From the NCBI GenBank assembly GCA_018238155.1, contig JABCTZ010000037.1, positions 32,001 through 96,000 on the forward strand: a stretch of DNA of 64,000 bases, written 5' to 3'. The notes beneath the pieces were generated by a model that saw only the letters and a program-made list of their open reading frames with translations, searched no databases and had not been told where the DNA came from. The position numbers were made by a program, and so were the translations under genes. The stretch is from Candidatus Heimdallarchaeota archaeon. GTDB taxonomy: Archaea; Asgardarchaeota; Heimdallarchaeia; JABLTI01. Positions 9,658 to 21,000 of the stretch are shown one piece after another; the first letter of the stretch is position 1, and every line of letters starts with the position of its first letter.

Positions 9658-10215
9658 ATGATGATTATGCTTCCAACCTGGTTTGAATCTGTTGTTTCAT
9701 CTCAAGTATTCAATGCAATCATCTTTGCAGCCCCAACAATGTTCGCAAACGTAACGCCTATGCTTTTTGGCGGCGGATTGCCAATGGATTTTAGAAGAAA
9801 CTTTTTCGATAAAAGAAGGATATTGGGGAATAGTAAAACCATAAGAGGATTCGTTGCAGGTTGTTTTGGTGGATTACTAATGGGTGTTTTCACCATGTGG
9901 TGGTTCAACAATATTGTTGAGTTAGATTTCCAAATAACACTTGTTAATGGTTTTTTACAAGGTTTAGGTGCAGTGACAGGAGATATTGTAGGGTCATTCA
10001 TTAAACGCAGGAGAAATATTCCACCCGGAGGATCACTAATGATTGTAGATCAAACCGGCTTTATGTTCTTTGGACTCTTATTTGGAATGATAGGATTAGA
10101 AGGAGGGATTTTTCCATGGACCTATTGGATAATAATGGTTCCTCTTGCAGCTTTTGTTCATGTTGCTGCAAATGCTGTGGGATATACTCTTGGTTGGAAA
10201 GAAGTTTGGTGGTAG
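9658..10215 (+). CDS. carS: CDP-archaeol synthase
   Basis: ANVTPMLFGGGLPMDF, ILGNSKTIRG, GDIVGSFIKRR, DQ, H..AN..GY.LGWKEVWW. Confidence 0.92.
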   Translation: MMIMLPTWFESVVSSQVFNAIIFAAPTMFANVTPMLFGGGLPMDFRRNFFDKRRILGNSKTIRGFVAGCFGGLLMGVFTMWWFNNIVELDFQITLVNGFLQGLGAVTGDIVGSFIKRRRNIPPGGSLMIVDQTGFMFFGLLFGMIGLEGGIFPWTYWIIMVPLAAFVHVAANAVGYTLGWKEVWW

Positions 10216-10314
10216 ACCTATTTTTCTTCTTTTTAAATTAATTTTTGTAACTAAACGCACTCTTATAAATTACTCATTAAAATATATCTTAGAAAGTTTT
10301 GTGTGTGAGTAAAT

Positions 10315-10932
10315 TTGACTTATGTTCCCCCCGAAAAAAAACAAAAAGGAGGTTCCAGTGGCTTTGGTGACATACTCTATGTTATGGTCTTCTTTTTAAT
10401 TGAAGGATTATTTATTTTCATTGGTATCCCTATTGTTGTTTTAGCACTTGGTTTGGTTCCAATAGCCATGTATTTGATTATCACGAAAACTTATGGAGCT
10501 GTATGGGTACTTTATCTTGTAGGTATAGTAGTGATCTTTTTCCAGATTTTAGGTATTCAATTCTTCATGCGAAAGTGGGTTTTAGAACCAAATAAAATGA
10601 ATTTCAGACAATGGATTCATTCGAGATTCTCCCCAACAGAAATCCGAAAACGTAGAGAGGAGAAAAGAGCTCGAGCTCAAAAGATGAATGAATGGTACGA
10701 TGGTATGGATCGAATTCATGAAAGACGAAATCAGATTAGAGATGAACAATCTTATGATTTACGTGGAGAATGGTTTAAAGGTTCAGGAGGAGACCCGGAA
10801 TTATTGAATAAAGCTCCAAAAGAAGATGACAGCATCATTTTAGGAGAACCTTCAACAGAGGAATTTATTAGTCTTGGAGAAGACACTGAAGGTTCAAAAG
10901 AAGAAGGAAAAAATGAAGAAACAAACTCTTAG
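10315..10932 (+). CDS. Membrane protein (2-3 TM) with charged C-terminal tail
   Basis: Hydrophobic N-terminal half, then basic and acidic regions. Confidence 0.65.
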   Translation: MTYVPPEKKQKGGSSGFGDILYVMVFFLIEGLFIFIGIPIVVLALGLVPIAMYLIITKTYGAVWVLYLVGIVVIFFQILGIQFFMRKWVLEPNKMNFRQWIHSRFSPTEIRKRREEKRARAQKMNEWYDGMDRIHERRNQIRDEQSYDLRGEWFKGSGGDPELLNKAPKEDDSIILGEPSTEEFISLGEDTEGSKEEGKNEETNS

Positions 10933-10963
10933 ATTTATTCTTCAATACTCATTTTTTTATTTA

Positions 10964-12112
10964 TTACTGTTCATTTTTCTCTACAAGTAGAAATGGAAAG
11001 TTTTTCTTAATTATTTCATTGATTTCAGTGAAATCTTCCTTTATAATTGTTGATTCACTCAATTTCTCTTGATAAATAATTTCCACAGATTTTCGTAAAT
11101 TTGAGAGAGATTTATCTAAGAAATGTGTTGGGCGGTCACATAGTACAGCACAAGTAGAATATAATCCTGTATCCAAAACAATAGTTCTGTCTTCTGCAAC
11201 AATGGCTCTAAGCTCTTTCGTACTTCCTAATGACTCATTTAATAATCCAGATATTGCAGAAATCAATGAACTTAGTAAATTCTCATTAATCAAGGTGACA
11301 TTAGATTGAGATTCAGTATTTGTTTTCTTATCTAAAATACTCATTCTACTAATATGAACGTTAAGACCAATTTTTGTAAAAACTAAAATAAAATAGACAT
11401 TCACGGGCAAACGATAGATAAAATCTATTCTAACAACATAGATAATAGTAAAGGTCAGCATGCCAACTATTTTCACTGTATCAGCAATTTCATGAAAAGT
11501 ATTATTTTGAAAAACATCTCCACCTATGAAACCAATAACAAAACCCAAACCAATAATAATCATTGAAATTGCTTGAATAAGAGTAATTGCTTCCCGAGTA
11601 AATCTAAAAGCATTAAAATGGACAAAAGCGCCAAAAGCAAATATCAAAAGACCAAGCAAATTATACGAAGAATCCCAACTCCACTGAAGAATATCAAGAA
11701 AAGCAGAATGTTGGAGAGCTAAATCACCAGTTAAACCAAGTTCATTAACAGTTGGAGCAAAAAGATAAAGCAAGTTAAACATTACAGAAGCAAATAGTAA
11801 AAGAGTAATCAAAGCAAAGCGAAAACGATTTGGTTTCACAGTATATAATTCTTCAAAGAAGATGTAAATAAGAAAGTAAACTAAACTCCAAATAATTAGA
11901 GATGAATAAAGAAGATTTTTACTTGCTGAAACAATAACATATTGGAGTATGCTAATAATGCCACCAATTCCACCAATGAACAAACTTAGAGTAAGTACAT
12001 AAGCAGTTCTGTTTTTTCTAATGGATTGATAAAGCATTAGAACGAAAAGAGTGAAAAATAATCCGGAAATTACTGCTGAAATAATTATGCCTAGGTTTGC
12101 CATGCACCTCAC
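10964..12112 (-). CDS. About 7-TM membrane protein with C-terminal longin-like domain
   Basis: Hydrophobic helices followed by VYFILVFTKIGL...ENLLSSLISAISGLLNE...LRAIVAEDRTIVL...TCAVLCD...FTEINEIIKKNF, a pattern typical of Asgard longin-like domains. Confidence 0.65.
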   Translation of the reverse strand: MRCMANLGIIISAVISGLFFTLFVLMLYQSIRKNRTAYVLTLSLFIGGIGGIISILQYVIVSASKNLLYSSLIIWSLVYFLIYIFFEELYTVKPNRFRFALITLLLFASVMFNLLYLFAPTVNELGLTGDLALQHSAFLDILQWSWDSSYNLLGLLIFAFGAFVHFNAFRFTREAITLIQAISMIIIGLGFVIGFIGGDVFQNNTFHEIADTVKIVGMLTFTIIYVVRIDFIYRLPVNVYFILVFTKIGLNVHISRMSILDKKTNTESQSNVTLINENLLSSLISAISGLLNESLGSTKELRAIVAEDRTIVLDTGLYSTCAVLCDRPTHFLDKSLSNLRKSVEIIYQEKLSESTIIKEDFTEINEIIKKNFPFLLVEKNEQ

Positions 12113-12264
12113 TCAAGAATTTATTGAATAATACTTTTTCGTTTTAGGAAGAAACAAAGCATAAGTAATTTTAGAGATAGGAAGTTTTTTTAAAAAAGGA
12201 GAAAAATCTCTTGAGTAGATGACAAACAACTATTGAAGAAAAATCCAAATTAGAAGGTATTCTG

Positions 12265-13422
12265 ATGTCCAAGAAAAGCAACAAATCCATTGAAGAGAAA
12301 TCAGCAGATATGGTCGTTACACCATGGGAAGTAAGCGGTATTATTGATTATAAAAAGCTAGTAAAAAAATTTGGAACAACTCTGCTTGACAAAAAAGAAA
12401 TTGAAACGATACAGAAATATAGTAAAGGAGAATTACATTTACTACTAAGAAGAGGTTTATTCTTCAGTCATCGGGATTTTGATTGGATATTGAAGATGTT
12501 AGAAAAAGGAGAGAAATTTGTTCTTTACACAGGTAGAGGACCATCAGGACATACACATTTAGGTCATCTTGTCCCTTGGATTTTCACAAAGTGGTTGCAA
12601 GATGTTTTTGATGTCGAATTATATTTTCAGATGACAGATGATGAGAAATTTCTGTTTAATCAAAATCTTTCCTTTAGTGATACGAGAAATTTTGCTTTTG
12701 AAAATGCAAAAGATGTACTTGCAGTAGGTTTTGATCCCAAGAAAACACATTTCATTTTCGATTCACACTTAACTCCAGCAATGTATAGAATTGCAGCTGA
12801 GGTAGCAAAAAGAGTTACTTTTTCAACTGCAAAAGCGGTATTTGGTTTCTCTAATGATTCAAATATTGGTATGATATTCTACCCATCGATTCAAGCCATG
12901 CCATGTTTTCTCCCATCGGTCCTAAAAGGAAAAAATGTCCCCATTCTTATACCTGCAGCAATAGATCAAGACCCATATTGGAGAATCACTCGAGATGTTG
13001 CACCAAAATTAGGTTACTATAAACCGGCAGCCATTCATTGTAAATTTTTCCCCGGTCTAGCAGAAGGAGGAAAAATGTCTGCTTCACAACCTGACACTTG
13101 TATCTTTACTACAGATACACCTAAACAAGCGAAAAAGAAAATAATGAGCGCTTACACAGGTGGTCGAGCAACCCTCGAGGAGCAAAAAGAATTAGGTGGA
13201 GAACCGGATAAATGTATTGTTTACTGGTATGAATTCTACCTCTTTGAGTCTGATGATGAGAAATTGAAACAAATGAGAACCGATTGTTTAGCCGGTAAAT
13301 TGCTCTGTGGTTTTTGTAAAAAGAATTTAGCTGAAAAAGTCCACCACTTTATTGGAGAACATCAAGAACGAAGAAATAAAATATCAAAAGAAATGATTGA
13401 GAAAATGATTATCAAAGAATAG
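12265..13422 (+). CDS. trpS: Tryptophan--tRNA ligase (archaeal/eukaryotic type)
   Basis: VTPWEV, LYTGRGPSGHTHLGH, QMTDDEKF, AIDQDPY, KMSAS, AYTGGR. Confidence 0.97.
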   Translation: MSKKSNKSIEEKSADMVVTPWEVSGIIDYKKLVKKFGTTLLDKKEIETIQKYSKGELHLLLRRGLFFSHRDFDWILKMLEKGEKFVLYTGRGPSGHTHLGHLVPWIFTKWLQDVFDVELYFQMTDDEKFLFNQNLSFSDTRNFAFENAKDVLAVGFDPKKTHFIFDSHLTPAMYRIAAEVAKRVTFSTAKAVFGFSNDSNIGMIFYPSIQAMPCFLPSVLKGKNVPILIPAAIDQDPYWRITRDVAPKLGYYKPAAIHCKFFPGLAEGGKMSASQPDTCIFTTDTPKQAKKKIMSAYTGGRATLEEQKELGGEPDKCIVYWYEFYLFESDDEKLKQMRTDCLAGKLLCGFCKKNLAEKVHHFIGEHQERRNKISKEMIEKMIIKE

Positions 13423-13438
13423 AATCATCTCTAGCTTT

Positions 13439-14077
13439 CTACCACAGAAAAACTGGAGAACACTTTCTTTTTTTAATTTGTTCTATTAAATCTTGAATGG
13501 TTTTAATAGGGATGGAAAATTGTGTGACACATCTACCAACTTGGGTGTGTATATGAGAATCACTTCCACCAACCAGGGGTAAATTTAGTGTCGCAGCAGC
13601 TCCTTTAGCCAATTCGTTTGAAAGTTGAGATCTTGAACCATTTATTTCAATAGCATCTATTTCTAAATCATAAATTAAATCACCAACTCCAAGGTAATCA
13701 AATGGATGAGCAGAAATAGCGATACCACCTTCTGAATGGATCATATCGATTACCTTATGGATATCTAAATAGGGAGTAGGAGGAGAAGAGATACCATATG
13801 CTAAAATATCACCTTGAGCTGTTGAGATTTCTACTGATGGAGCAAGCACAACAATCTGATATTTATCAAAAAGTGCTTGGAGGGTTTCTTCTGAAAATCT
13901 GTGAATGTAATTATGATCTGTAACGGTAATGGCATTCACTTTACCCGTTAACTCATTTAATGTTTCATCAAGAGTAATTCTAGCACAAGAAGAGTAACTA
14001 GTGTGAATATGCATATCAACTAAAAAATCAGTTGAACGACGTATATTTGATATTCGTTGTAAATTTTTCAGATTCAT
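13439..14077 (-). CDS. PHP-family phosphoesterase
   Basis: DMHIHT, ITVTDHN, E(I)ST, AHPF, AIEING, GGSDSH. Confidence 0.9.
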   Translation of the reverse strand: MNLKNLQRISNIRRSTDFLVDMHIHTSYSSCARITLDETLNELTGKVNAITVTDHNYIHRFSEETLQALFDKYQIVVLAPSVEISTAQGDILAYGISSPPTPYLDIHKVIDMIHSEGGIAISAHPFDYLGVGDLIYDLEIDAIEINGSRSQLSNELAKGAAATLNLPLVGGSDSHIHTQVGRCVTQFSIPIKTIQDLIEQIKKRKCSPVFLW

Positions 14078-14116
14078 TTGAAACTCTAACCCAATGTTAC
14101 AAACACTTTATTCTAT

Positions 14117-14584
14117 TTACAAAAAGATTATCCTATTTCCACCCAATTTCTTTGCTTTTTTCAAAGCTCGGTGAGCTAATCTTTGAGCTTGCCCCTTAAA
14201 CAATCGTCTCGACCATTGATATGGACCAGTTGGTCGAATTGGTGTGTAAGGTCCACGAGATACACCTATGCTTAATGAAGCAACACAACCACAATTTAGA
14301 CCCACATCATTAATCTCATTAATTATATATTCGAGGTCATTGATGATCTCTTCATGAGCAAGAGCACCAGTTAAACGTAACATGCATTCTTCCGTGCCGT
14401 GTTTTTCATCTAAACCATAGATTACCTCTCCAAGGTGCTTTCTAACGAATTTTGTGACTAAAGAAGTAAGTGAACCTGTAATGTCATTTGGTTTGTAAGC
14501 AACCCAACCTTGATCCTCAGAAATCTTCTTGAAATTGTCTAGATCAATGAAAATTACTAATTCTTCTACGGTTTGAAAAGTCAA
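14117..14584 (-). CDS. Stand-alone GGDEF-like nucleotidyl cyclase-fold protein (GTEE variant)
   Basis: IFIDLDNFKKISEDQGW, GTEE, SLSIGVS, AHRALKKAKKLGGNRI. Confidence 0.75.
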   Translation of the reverse strand: MTFQTVEELVIFIDLDNFKKISEDQGWVAYKPNDITGSLTSLVTKFVRKHLGEVIYGLDEKHGTEECMLRLTGALAHEEIINDLEYIINEINDVGLNCGCVASLSIGVSRGPYTPIRPTGPYQWSRRLFKGQAQRLAHRALKKAKKLGGNRIIFL

Positions 14585-14762
14585 TTCTGCACCTTCGAGT
14601 TTAATTTTAAACTTTCACAAAAAGAAAGACAAAACAGATTTTAAGTGTTTTGCGAGTTCTCGAATCTTGAAAATGAGAACAAGCCATATTTCGAAGAGAA
14701 ATAGTAAGCATATATATACCGGAGCATCCAATTCGAACTAGAGAAGGTTTGGGAAGAGATTA

Positions 14763-16067
14763 TTGACAAATAGAGAGAATGCACAACCTAGAAAAAAGCC
14801 TGTATTTCAGAAAGTAATTTATTCACTACGACGAATATTACTTGATATCAACAAAATTCCTGGTCCTATTTTTCTTCTTTTGCTTATTGGTTTTTCAAGC
14901 TTGTATAATTCTACAGCGCACGCTTCACTTACCATTGTACAAGCTGCTATTCCGGCAACCGAGGAAACTAGACAAACTAATGCCTATGTACAACCAACAT
15001 TTCTTGCAATGTATCCCTCTGACAGGTACAGTCGTGGGTTGGGATTTGCCATGCGTGATAACTACATCTACAGCATTATTGGTTACAATCCTACAGTTAT
15101 CGATGTGAGTAACAGGAGTGCACCGACATTCGTTGCTGAGTATATTGTTGGAAATGGCAGAATGTGTACACTTGCATTACAAGATAATTATCTTTATCTT
15201 GGCAGTAGTTTAGGTCTTGAGATTTTGAATATCAGCGATTTTAACAGTATTACCAAAGTGGGTCAGTGCAATACCACTGGAGCTGTTATGTCTATTGTTT
15301 TGCAAGATGATATTGCTTACTTAGCTGCTAGTAGTAATGGTTTGGTCATTGTCAATGTTAGCGATCCGACGCACCCTGTAGAGGTGGGTTGTTTTAATGA
15401 TGGCGGAAGTGCTTGGGACCTTGCTCTCAAGGGGTCGCTTGCCTTTGTGACGGATACTGAAACTACTTTGGAGATTATTAACATAGGTGACCCTCAGAAT
15501 CCTATTAAAGTCAGCCACTACAAGGATGAGGTGTATGATGATTTGCCAGGATCAAGTATTACACTAAATGGTTCATATGCGTATCTTGGTACCTTTCGCT
15601 ATGGTCTCTTCATACTCGATATTACAAATAGTTCTCATCTGGAAAGAGTTGGTCATTATTATGGTGGGACAAAACCAATAGGTGAAAAGAGCAATGATGA
15701 ATCTGTGCGTGGTATTTTTGTAAAAGAACAATACATTTTCGAAGCAGTAGGTTCAAATGGCTTTTACGTTCTTGACGTTCGTGACTCCTCTAATCCAGTC
15801 TCTCTGGGGCAATTTACAGGCTTTTATTTTCTTTTTGGTCTCTATTTACATGAAACTTGCCTTTATCTACAAACTTTATTTGAGGGCATTGTGATCTTGA
15901 ACTTGACTTTCCATAGGGGTTATCCTCCCGGGACCTTTAGAGGACTAATCTTGACTTTAATTTTCGTTCCCATTGGTTGTGGATTAATTGCACTACCATT
16001 TATTATCGAACATAACAAAAAAAGAAGGAGAGAACTTTGGATTCAAAGTTATACCATAAAGAAGTGA
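14763..16067 (+). CDS. LVIVD-repeat (beta-propeller) membrane-anchored protein
   Basis: Repeated GLEILNISD / GLVIVNVSDPTHP / LEIINIGDPQNP / GLFILDIT / GFYVLDVRD, with N- and C-terminal hydrophobic segments. Confidence 0.85.
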   Translation: MTNRENAQPRKKPVFQKVIYSLRRILLDINKIPGPIFLLLLIGFSSLYNSTAHASLTIVQAAIPATEETRQTNAYVQPTFLAMYPSDRYSRGLGFAMRDNYIYSIIGYNPTVIDVSNRSAPTFVAEYIVGNGRMCTLALQDNYLYLGSSLGLEILNISDFNSITKVGQCNTTGAVMSIVLQDDIAYLAASSNGLVIVNVSDPTHPVEVGCFNDGGSAWDLALKGSLAFVTDTETTLEIINIGDPQNPIKVSHYKDEVYDDLPGSSITLNGSYAYLGTFRYGLFILDITNSSHLERVGHYYGGTKPIGEKSNDESVRGIFVKEQYIFEAVGSNGFYVLDVRDSSNPVSLGQFTGFYFLFGLYLHETCLYLQTLFEGIVILNLTFHRGYPPGTFRGLILTLIFVPIGCGLIALPFIIEHNKKRRRELWIQSYTIKK

Positions 16068-16280
16068 GAGAAAGAGTAGCAATATTTTTACTTCTTTTAA
16101 ACCTTCAAATTGCTCATTCTAGTATAAAGTAAATAATTATAGAATTTGATTATTGTCTATTTCTTTGAAAAGAAATTCTATTTGATTTTATGATTTAGAA
16201 CAAGGGAAAAAGAGAGAAATTTTGTATCAATTTTAACCGCTATCAATGAATTCATAAAGATGAACCATTCGTAACAGCGA

Positions 16281-16550
16281 TTGAGAGATAGAAATATGTC
16301 TAGCCAAACTAATGAGAAAATGAAAGCATATATCCTAATCAATGCAAAATTAGGAAAGACAAATGATGTTCTTGCAAAACTAAAAAAGATACCTGGAATC
16401 ACTACTGTAGCAGTTATTACTGGAGAATACGACATTATTGTTCGTGTTGAAACAGCCGATATGAATGAAATGTATAACAGAACACAAGAAGTCCATCTAA
16501 TTGATGGTATTATTGAAACAACAACATCCATTATACAAAAGGAATTCTAG
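16281..16550 (+). CDS. Stand-alone Lrp/AsnC ligand-binding (RAM) domain protein
   Basis: KAYILIN...VITGEYDIIVRV...IDGIIETTTSI; no HTH. Confidence 0.85.
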   Translation: MRDRNMSSQTNEKMKAYILINAKLGKTNDVLAKLKKIPGITTVAVITGEYDIIVRVETADMNEMYNRTQEVHLIDGIIETTTSIIQKEF

Positions 16551-16588
16551 ACATTAACAGTGACAATCAGTTTGGATGGTGACCATTC

Positions 16589-18001
16589 TTGGCAGACAAA
16601 ACAACAAGACCTATTGGAAAAATAAGCAGAAAATACACCTTCATAATTTTAGCTGTTTTGTCAGGAGTGATAGGGTCTATTTGGGTTGCTATAGATACAT
16701 ATGCCAGTTCAGCCATTGTTCTCTCAATTGATGGAACATCAAATGAATACGTATTTGCTATTCAATCAATGCTAATTGGTGTTGTAGTAAGTTTTCTATT
16801 CGCTTTAGTTTTATGGATACCCATTAGCAAAAAGCCATGGGAAAATCTTTTTCAGAAATTTAAAACAAAAAAAAGCCAAGCTGTTAGTAATAAAAGCACT
16901 CAAACAACACAAAGAGTAATTCAAATACAACAAAATATTAAACCAACAGTAAAACGTCAATTTTCATTTTTAGGACAATTCATTGACCCTCAATATCAAG
17001 GAATTAAAATACCAACGAAGAAAATGTTTCTTTGGATAAGTCTTTCTGGACTTTTTTCAGGAGTGAATACTTTTGTTTATTTCATTCTCATAAAAGATAT
17101 GGATTTAGCGGTCTTTCTTCCTGCAGCACAATTCGTAGTTGTTTATCTTTTAATAGGTGACTTAGTAATAGACAAAACAATGCCTTGTATTATAGAAATC
17201 CAATCTATAATCATGATAGTTTTAGGTGTCATTCTCGCCGGAATAGATTTTACAAGCGGAGCCTTTGAATGGAAAAGTCTTCTTTTAGTATTTTTGGTTT
17301 TAAATGTTAGCGCAGCAATCTATGTCATCTTTCAGAAAAAAGTGATAGAAACGAAAGACGCAAAAGGTCGTACCTTAGATTCCACAAATACTCGATTGTG
17401 GACTTTGTTTTTTATGACATTCTTCACAGTAGTTCTCGCATTACCTTTTATGAAACAAGCGGATTGGGTTGTTTTTAGAACCACTCTCAAACCGGCATTA
17501 TTTCCAATTGCATTATCAATGATTTTGGTGTATATCGCTAGAATCCTCTATGTTCGAGCTCTTTCCATGGGAAAAATGGCTATTGTTAACTCCCTTTCGT
17601 CTGTTTCAGTTATTGTTGGAATACCAATAACAATAATTGGAAACTTAATTTGGCCCGACCATTTCCTATTACCAACCGGTGAATATGCATGGGCAGTCTG
17701 GTTACTCAGAGGAATTGGTGCCATTCTTGTCTTTACAGGTATAGTAGGATTATCTATGAGCGAGGTTAAGATAATTATCCTAGCAAAAGTGAAAGGAGGT
17801 ATGGAATGGGATGGAGAAAAAATAAAAGGTATTTCAGGTGTAGAAAAAGTTGCGGCAATAACAGGAAAATATGATCTATTGATTGTCCTTCGCTTGAGAA
17901 CAATTGGGCGAGGATATCAACCAATAGTTAAACAATTAGAAAAACTTCCATTCATTGCAGATATTAAATCTAATACTCTGCTTAAGGAATGGAATGCATA
18001 G
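16589..18001 (+). CDS. EamA/DMT-like transporter fused to a C-terminal Lrp/AsnC RAM domain
   Basis: About 10 TM segments; C-terminus IIILAKV...ISGVEKVAAITGKYDLLIVL...LPFIADIKSNTLLKEW. Confidence 0.75.
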   Translation: MADKTTRPIGKISRKYTFIILAVLSGVIGSIWVAIDTYASSAIVLSIDGTSNEYVFAIQSMLIGVVVSFLFALVLWIPISKKPWENLFQKFKTKKSQAVSNKSTQTTQRVIQIQQNIKPTVKRQFSFLGQFIDPQYQGIKIPTKKMFLWISLSGLFSGVNTFVYFILIKDMDLAVFLPAAQFVVVYLLIGDLVIDKTMPCIIEIQSIIMIVLGVILAGIDFTSGAFEWKSLLLVFLVLNVSAAIYVIFQKKVIETKDAKGRTLDSTNTRLWTLFFMTFFTVVLALPFMKQADWVVFRTTLKPALFPIALSMILVYIARILYVRALSMGKMAIVNSLSSVSVIVGIPITIIGNLIWPDHFLLPTGEYAWAVWLLRGIGAILVFTGIVGLSMSEVKIIILAKVKGGMEWDGEKIKGISGVEKVAAITGKYDLLIVLRLRTIGRGYQPIVKQLEKLPFIADIKSNTLLKEWNA

Positions 18002-18012
18002 TTTTCTACTGA

Positions 18013-21000
18013 TCATCCAGTGTAGCGTAATGCTTCACTCGGAGGTATTTTTGATGCCCTTCTTGCAGGTAGAACGGCTGAAATTATCGACAAGAGCACT
18101 GTTAAACCAATGAATATTCCAAGTGTTCCCCATGGAATTATGAAATTGAAATCATACTGTAAGAGGTATTGAGAATGCATGCCATAACCAAGTAAGAAAC
18201 CATTAATAATTCCAATAATGAGACCTACTAATGCTACAGCAAAAATTTCAATGACTACTGCAGTAATAACTTCACCTCGTTGAAATCCGAGAGCACGCAT
18301 CATACCAATTTCTCTGGTTCTTTCAGAAATCCCGCGCAAGGATACAACAATTAATCCTAATACACCTACCACTAACCCTAAGGAAACAAATGCTTGCATG
18401 AAATTTATTGATTGTGAAACAAGTTCTAACAAGACTTCAATACGATGTCTTAAACTGATTGTATCAAAATAAATCAATTGTTCTTCTATTTTGTGACTTA
18501 TTTCTACTATTTGATCAGTATTTAGTTTTGAATCAACGGATATGAGAAAGGCGGTATCTTTGTAACCTATTGAAGCAAATATCGGAGAATCCTCACTTGT
18601 GAATAAGAAAGCAGAAAAGTGCATTGAATAAGAAGTTGTCTCTACAAAAGCGGCAATAGTATAATTCGAGAGAGTGATAACAGTATGAGTTTCATTTGAT
18701 AATGCAAAATCAATTTGGGGTATAGTTATTTTATCACCAACAGTTTGATTGACAGAATATACTCCACTCGCATCATCATAACTAAATTCCCTTAGAAGAC
18801 CAGGAAGTATAACATAATTGTTTGAAACATTCATAGTTTCAATCCATGGGTCATCTTCAAGTTCATCCCAGACTTCAACAAAATTATATTCGGTCATATC
18901 AAGAAATTCTTGATTAATACCCCACATGTTTGTAGGAACAGGAACAGCTTGCTCAAACACACCAGTAGCATTTTCCGTAGTGAATTTGATATATGTAATC
19001 GCCCCTGCAAGTGAATACAGAAATCTCATTCCTACTACATTTTCAATATTTTCATCTGAAGATTTTATTTTATCAATAGAATCAAGAGGATCATAAGTTG
19101 GAAATGGTAAATAAGCGATGATATCTACTCCACCTTCTTCGTTTTCAGCAAAATCAGCAAAACCTAATGTAAAGCTTCCTGTAAACACAGCAAGAAAAAC
19201 ATTCATAGTGAGAATAACACCAAATATAGCAAATGTCAATGCTGAGCGAGTTTTCTTTTTGCCAATATAGCGCATTGAGATGATACCCAATGAACGTGTT
19301 TTTTTGAATTTTTGAAAAATATCATTAAACCTATCCGATAACCACTCCAAGTTAAGAGCAACAAAGATAATTGTACCAAAAACTAATCCCAGCATTCCAA
19401 TTAAAAATGTATATAATGCTTGATCGTCTTGAACACCAATATCACTTAAATATGGATTTAGTACAAGAACCGACAGCAAACCAGCAAACATCCATGAAAC
19501 TGCAAATCCATTAAAAGCTAATCGTGGGTTTATAAAACGGGCGAGTGTAAATCCTATCCCCATCAAAATTCCTAGACTGCTCCCGACAAACATCATCCAT
19601 CGCCAATCTGGAATTATAAGTAAAGAAATTGTGAATGTTGTAATGCCAGCAATTAAAAGAATAACTCCTGAATAAATTGACCAATCACCACTTCGTTTAT
19701 TCACTTTCGCAGATTGAATTTCATTTATCGTATCAACAATATCAATACGTGAAGCTTTCCAAGCAGGATAGAGAGCGGCAAGTGAAGATATTACTATGCC
19801 AATAGCAAACGAAATTATCAAACCAATTGGATTAACTATTAATGGAATGTTAGTTAGTACTTGGCCTATGTTCAAGAAATTTTCGAGCAAAAAGATAATC
19901 ATTAAACCATTCAGCAACCCACCACCAACACCAAATAACGACCCAACTCCTCCCAATACTACACTTTCAGTAATTAACGTGGTCAGAAGTTGTCTTTGAG
20001 TCATACCAATAGCTCGTAAGATGCCAATTGAACGTTGTCTTTCATCAATGTTCATCATAGTAATATTGAGAATAAGTAAAATACCTGAAATGATTATCAA
20101 TGAGCCAAAAACATACAAAACTATCCGAAATGAATTAATAGAATCTGTAACATCCCTGAAGGCTTCAAATTTTTGCGGATCAATATCATATCTACCTCCA
20201 TCTTCTGTTCCCAAATCAGCAATTAATTTATCTTCCAACATTTTAGTTACATTTAGAGCATTATCATTACCTTGAGTTGTGCTCACGACAATATTGTTTA
20301 TTTTTGAAGTAGAGACATTGAAAATATCTTGTGCGAGATCTAATTTAACAAAGATAGCATTACCTGCATCAAGAACTCCTTTACCAGAAATAGATACAAC
20401 ACCTTTTATATTCAATTGATAAAAGGAATAATTTCCTTGAGCATTGAGGTAAAGAATTTGGATTGGCATTAATTTAGGCAACTCTTTGATTTCCTTTAGA
20501 CCTGAATCATCTGTTTTAAAATCAATTAAAGACTCAGCCAAATTATTTCCAATTAAACATTCTTTATCAACTAAATCGCTGAAATTGTAATTATTATTTC
20601 CATATTGGTTATCTAGAACAAAGTCACCGAATTCTTTATCGAGATCTTCATCTACGCCTAGAAGTGTAACTATTGGTTCAAGTTGATCTGTAACATTAGA
20701 ATTTGCTCCAACTACATTAGTTATTCTTGGTGCAATACCATCGATATATTGGCCAATAGTTGGATCATTCTTAAGATTCTCATAGACGGAGTAATTGAAA
20801 AACTCGGGTTGAAATTCTCCTTTTTGAATTACAATATCAGCATTACCATATCTTAAACTAACAGTTTCTTGCATTGCATTAACTAACGAATCTGTAGCAA
20901 CTTGTACACCAGCTAAAAGTGACACACCGATTAGTATCCCCAATGTGTTTATTATATTCTTTAATTTCCTTCTGCTGATTCCTCTTAAAGCATGTTTTAT

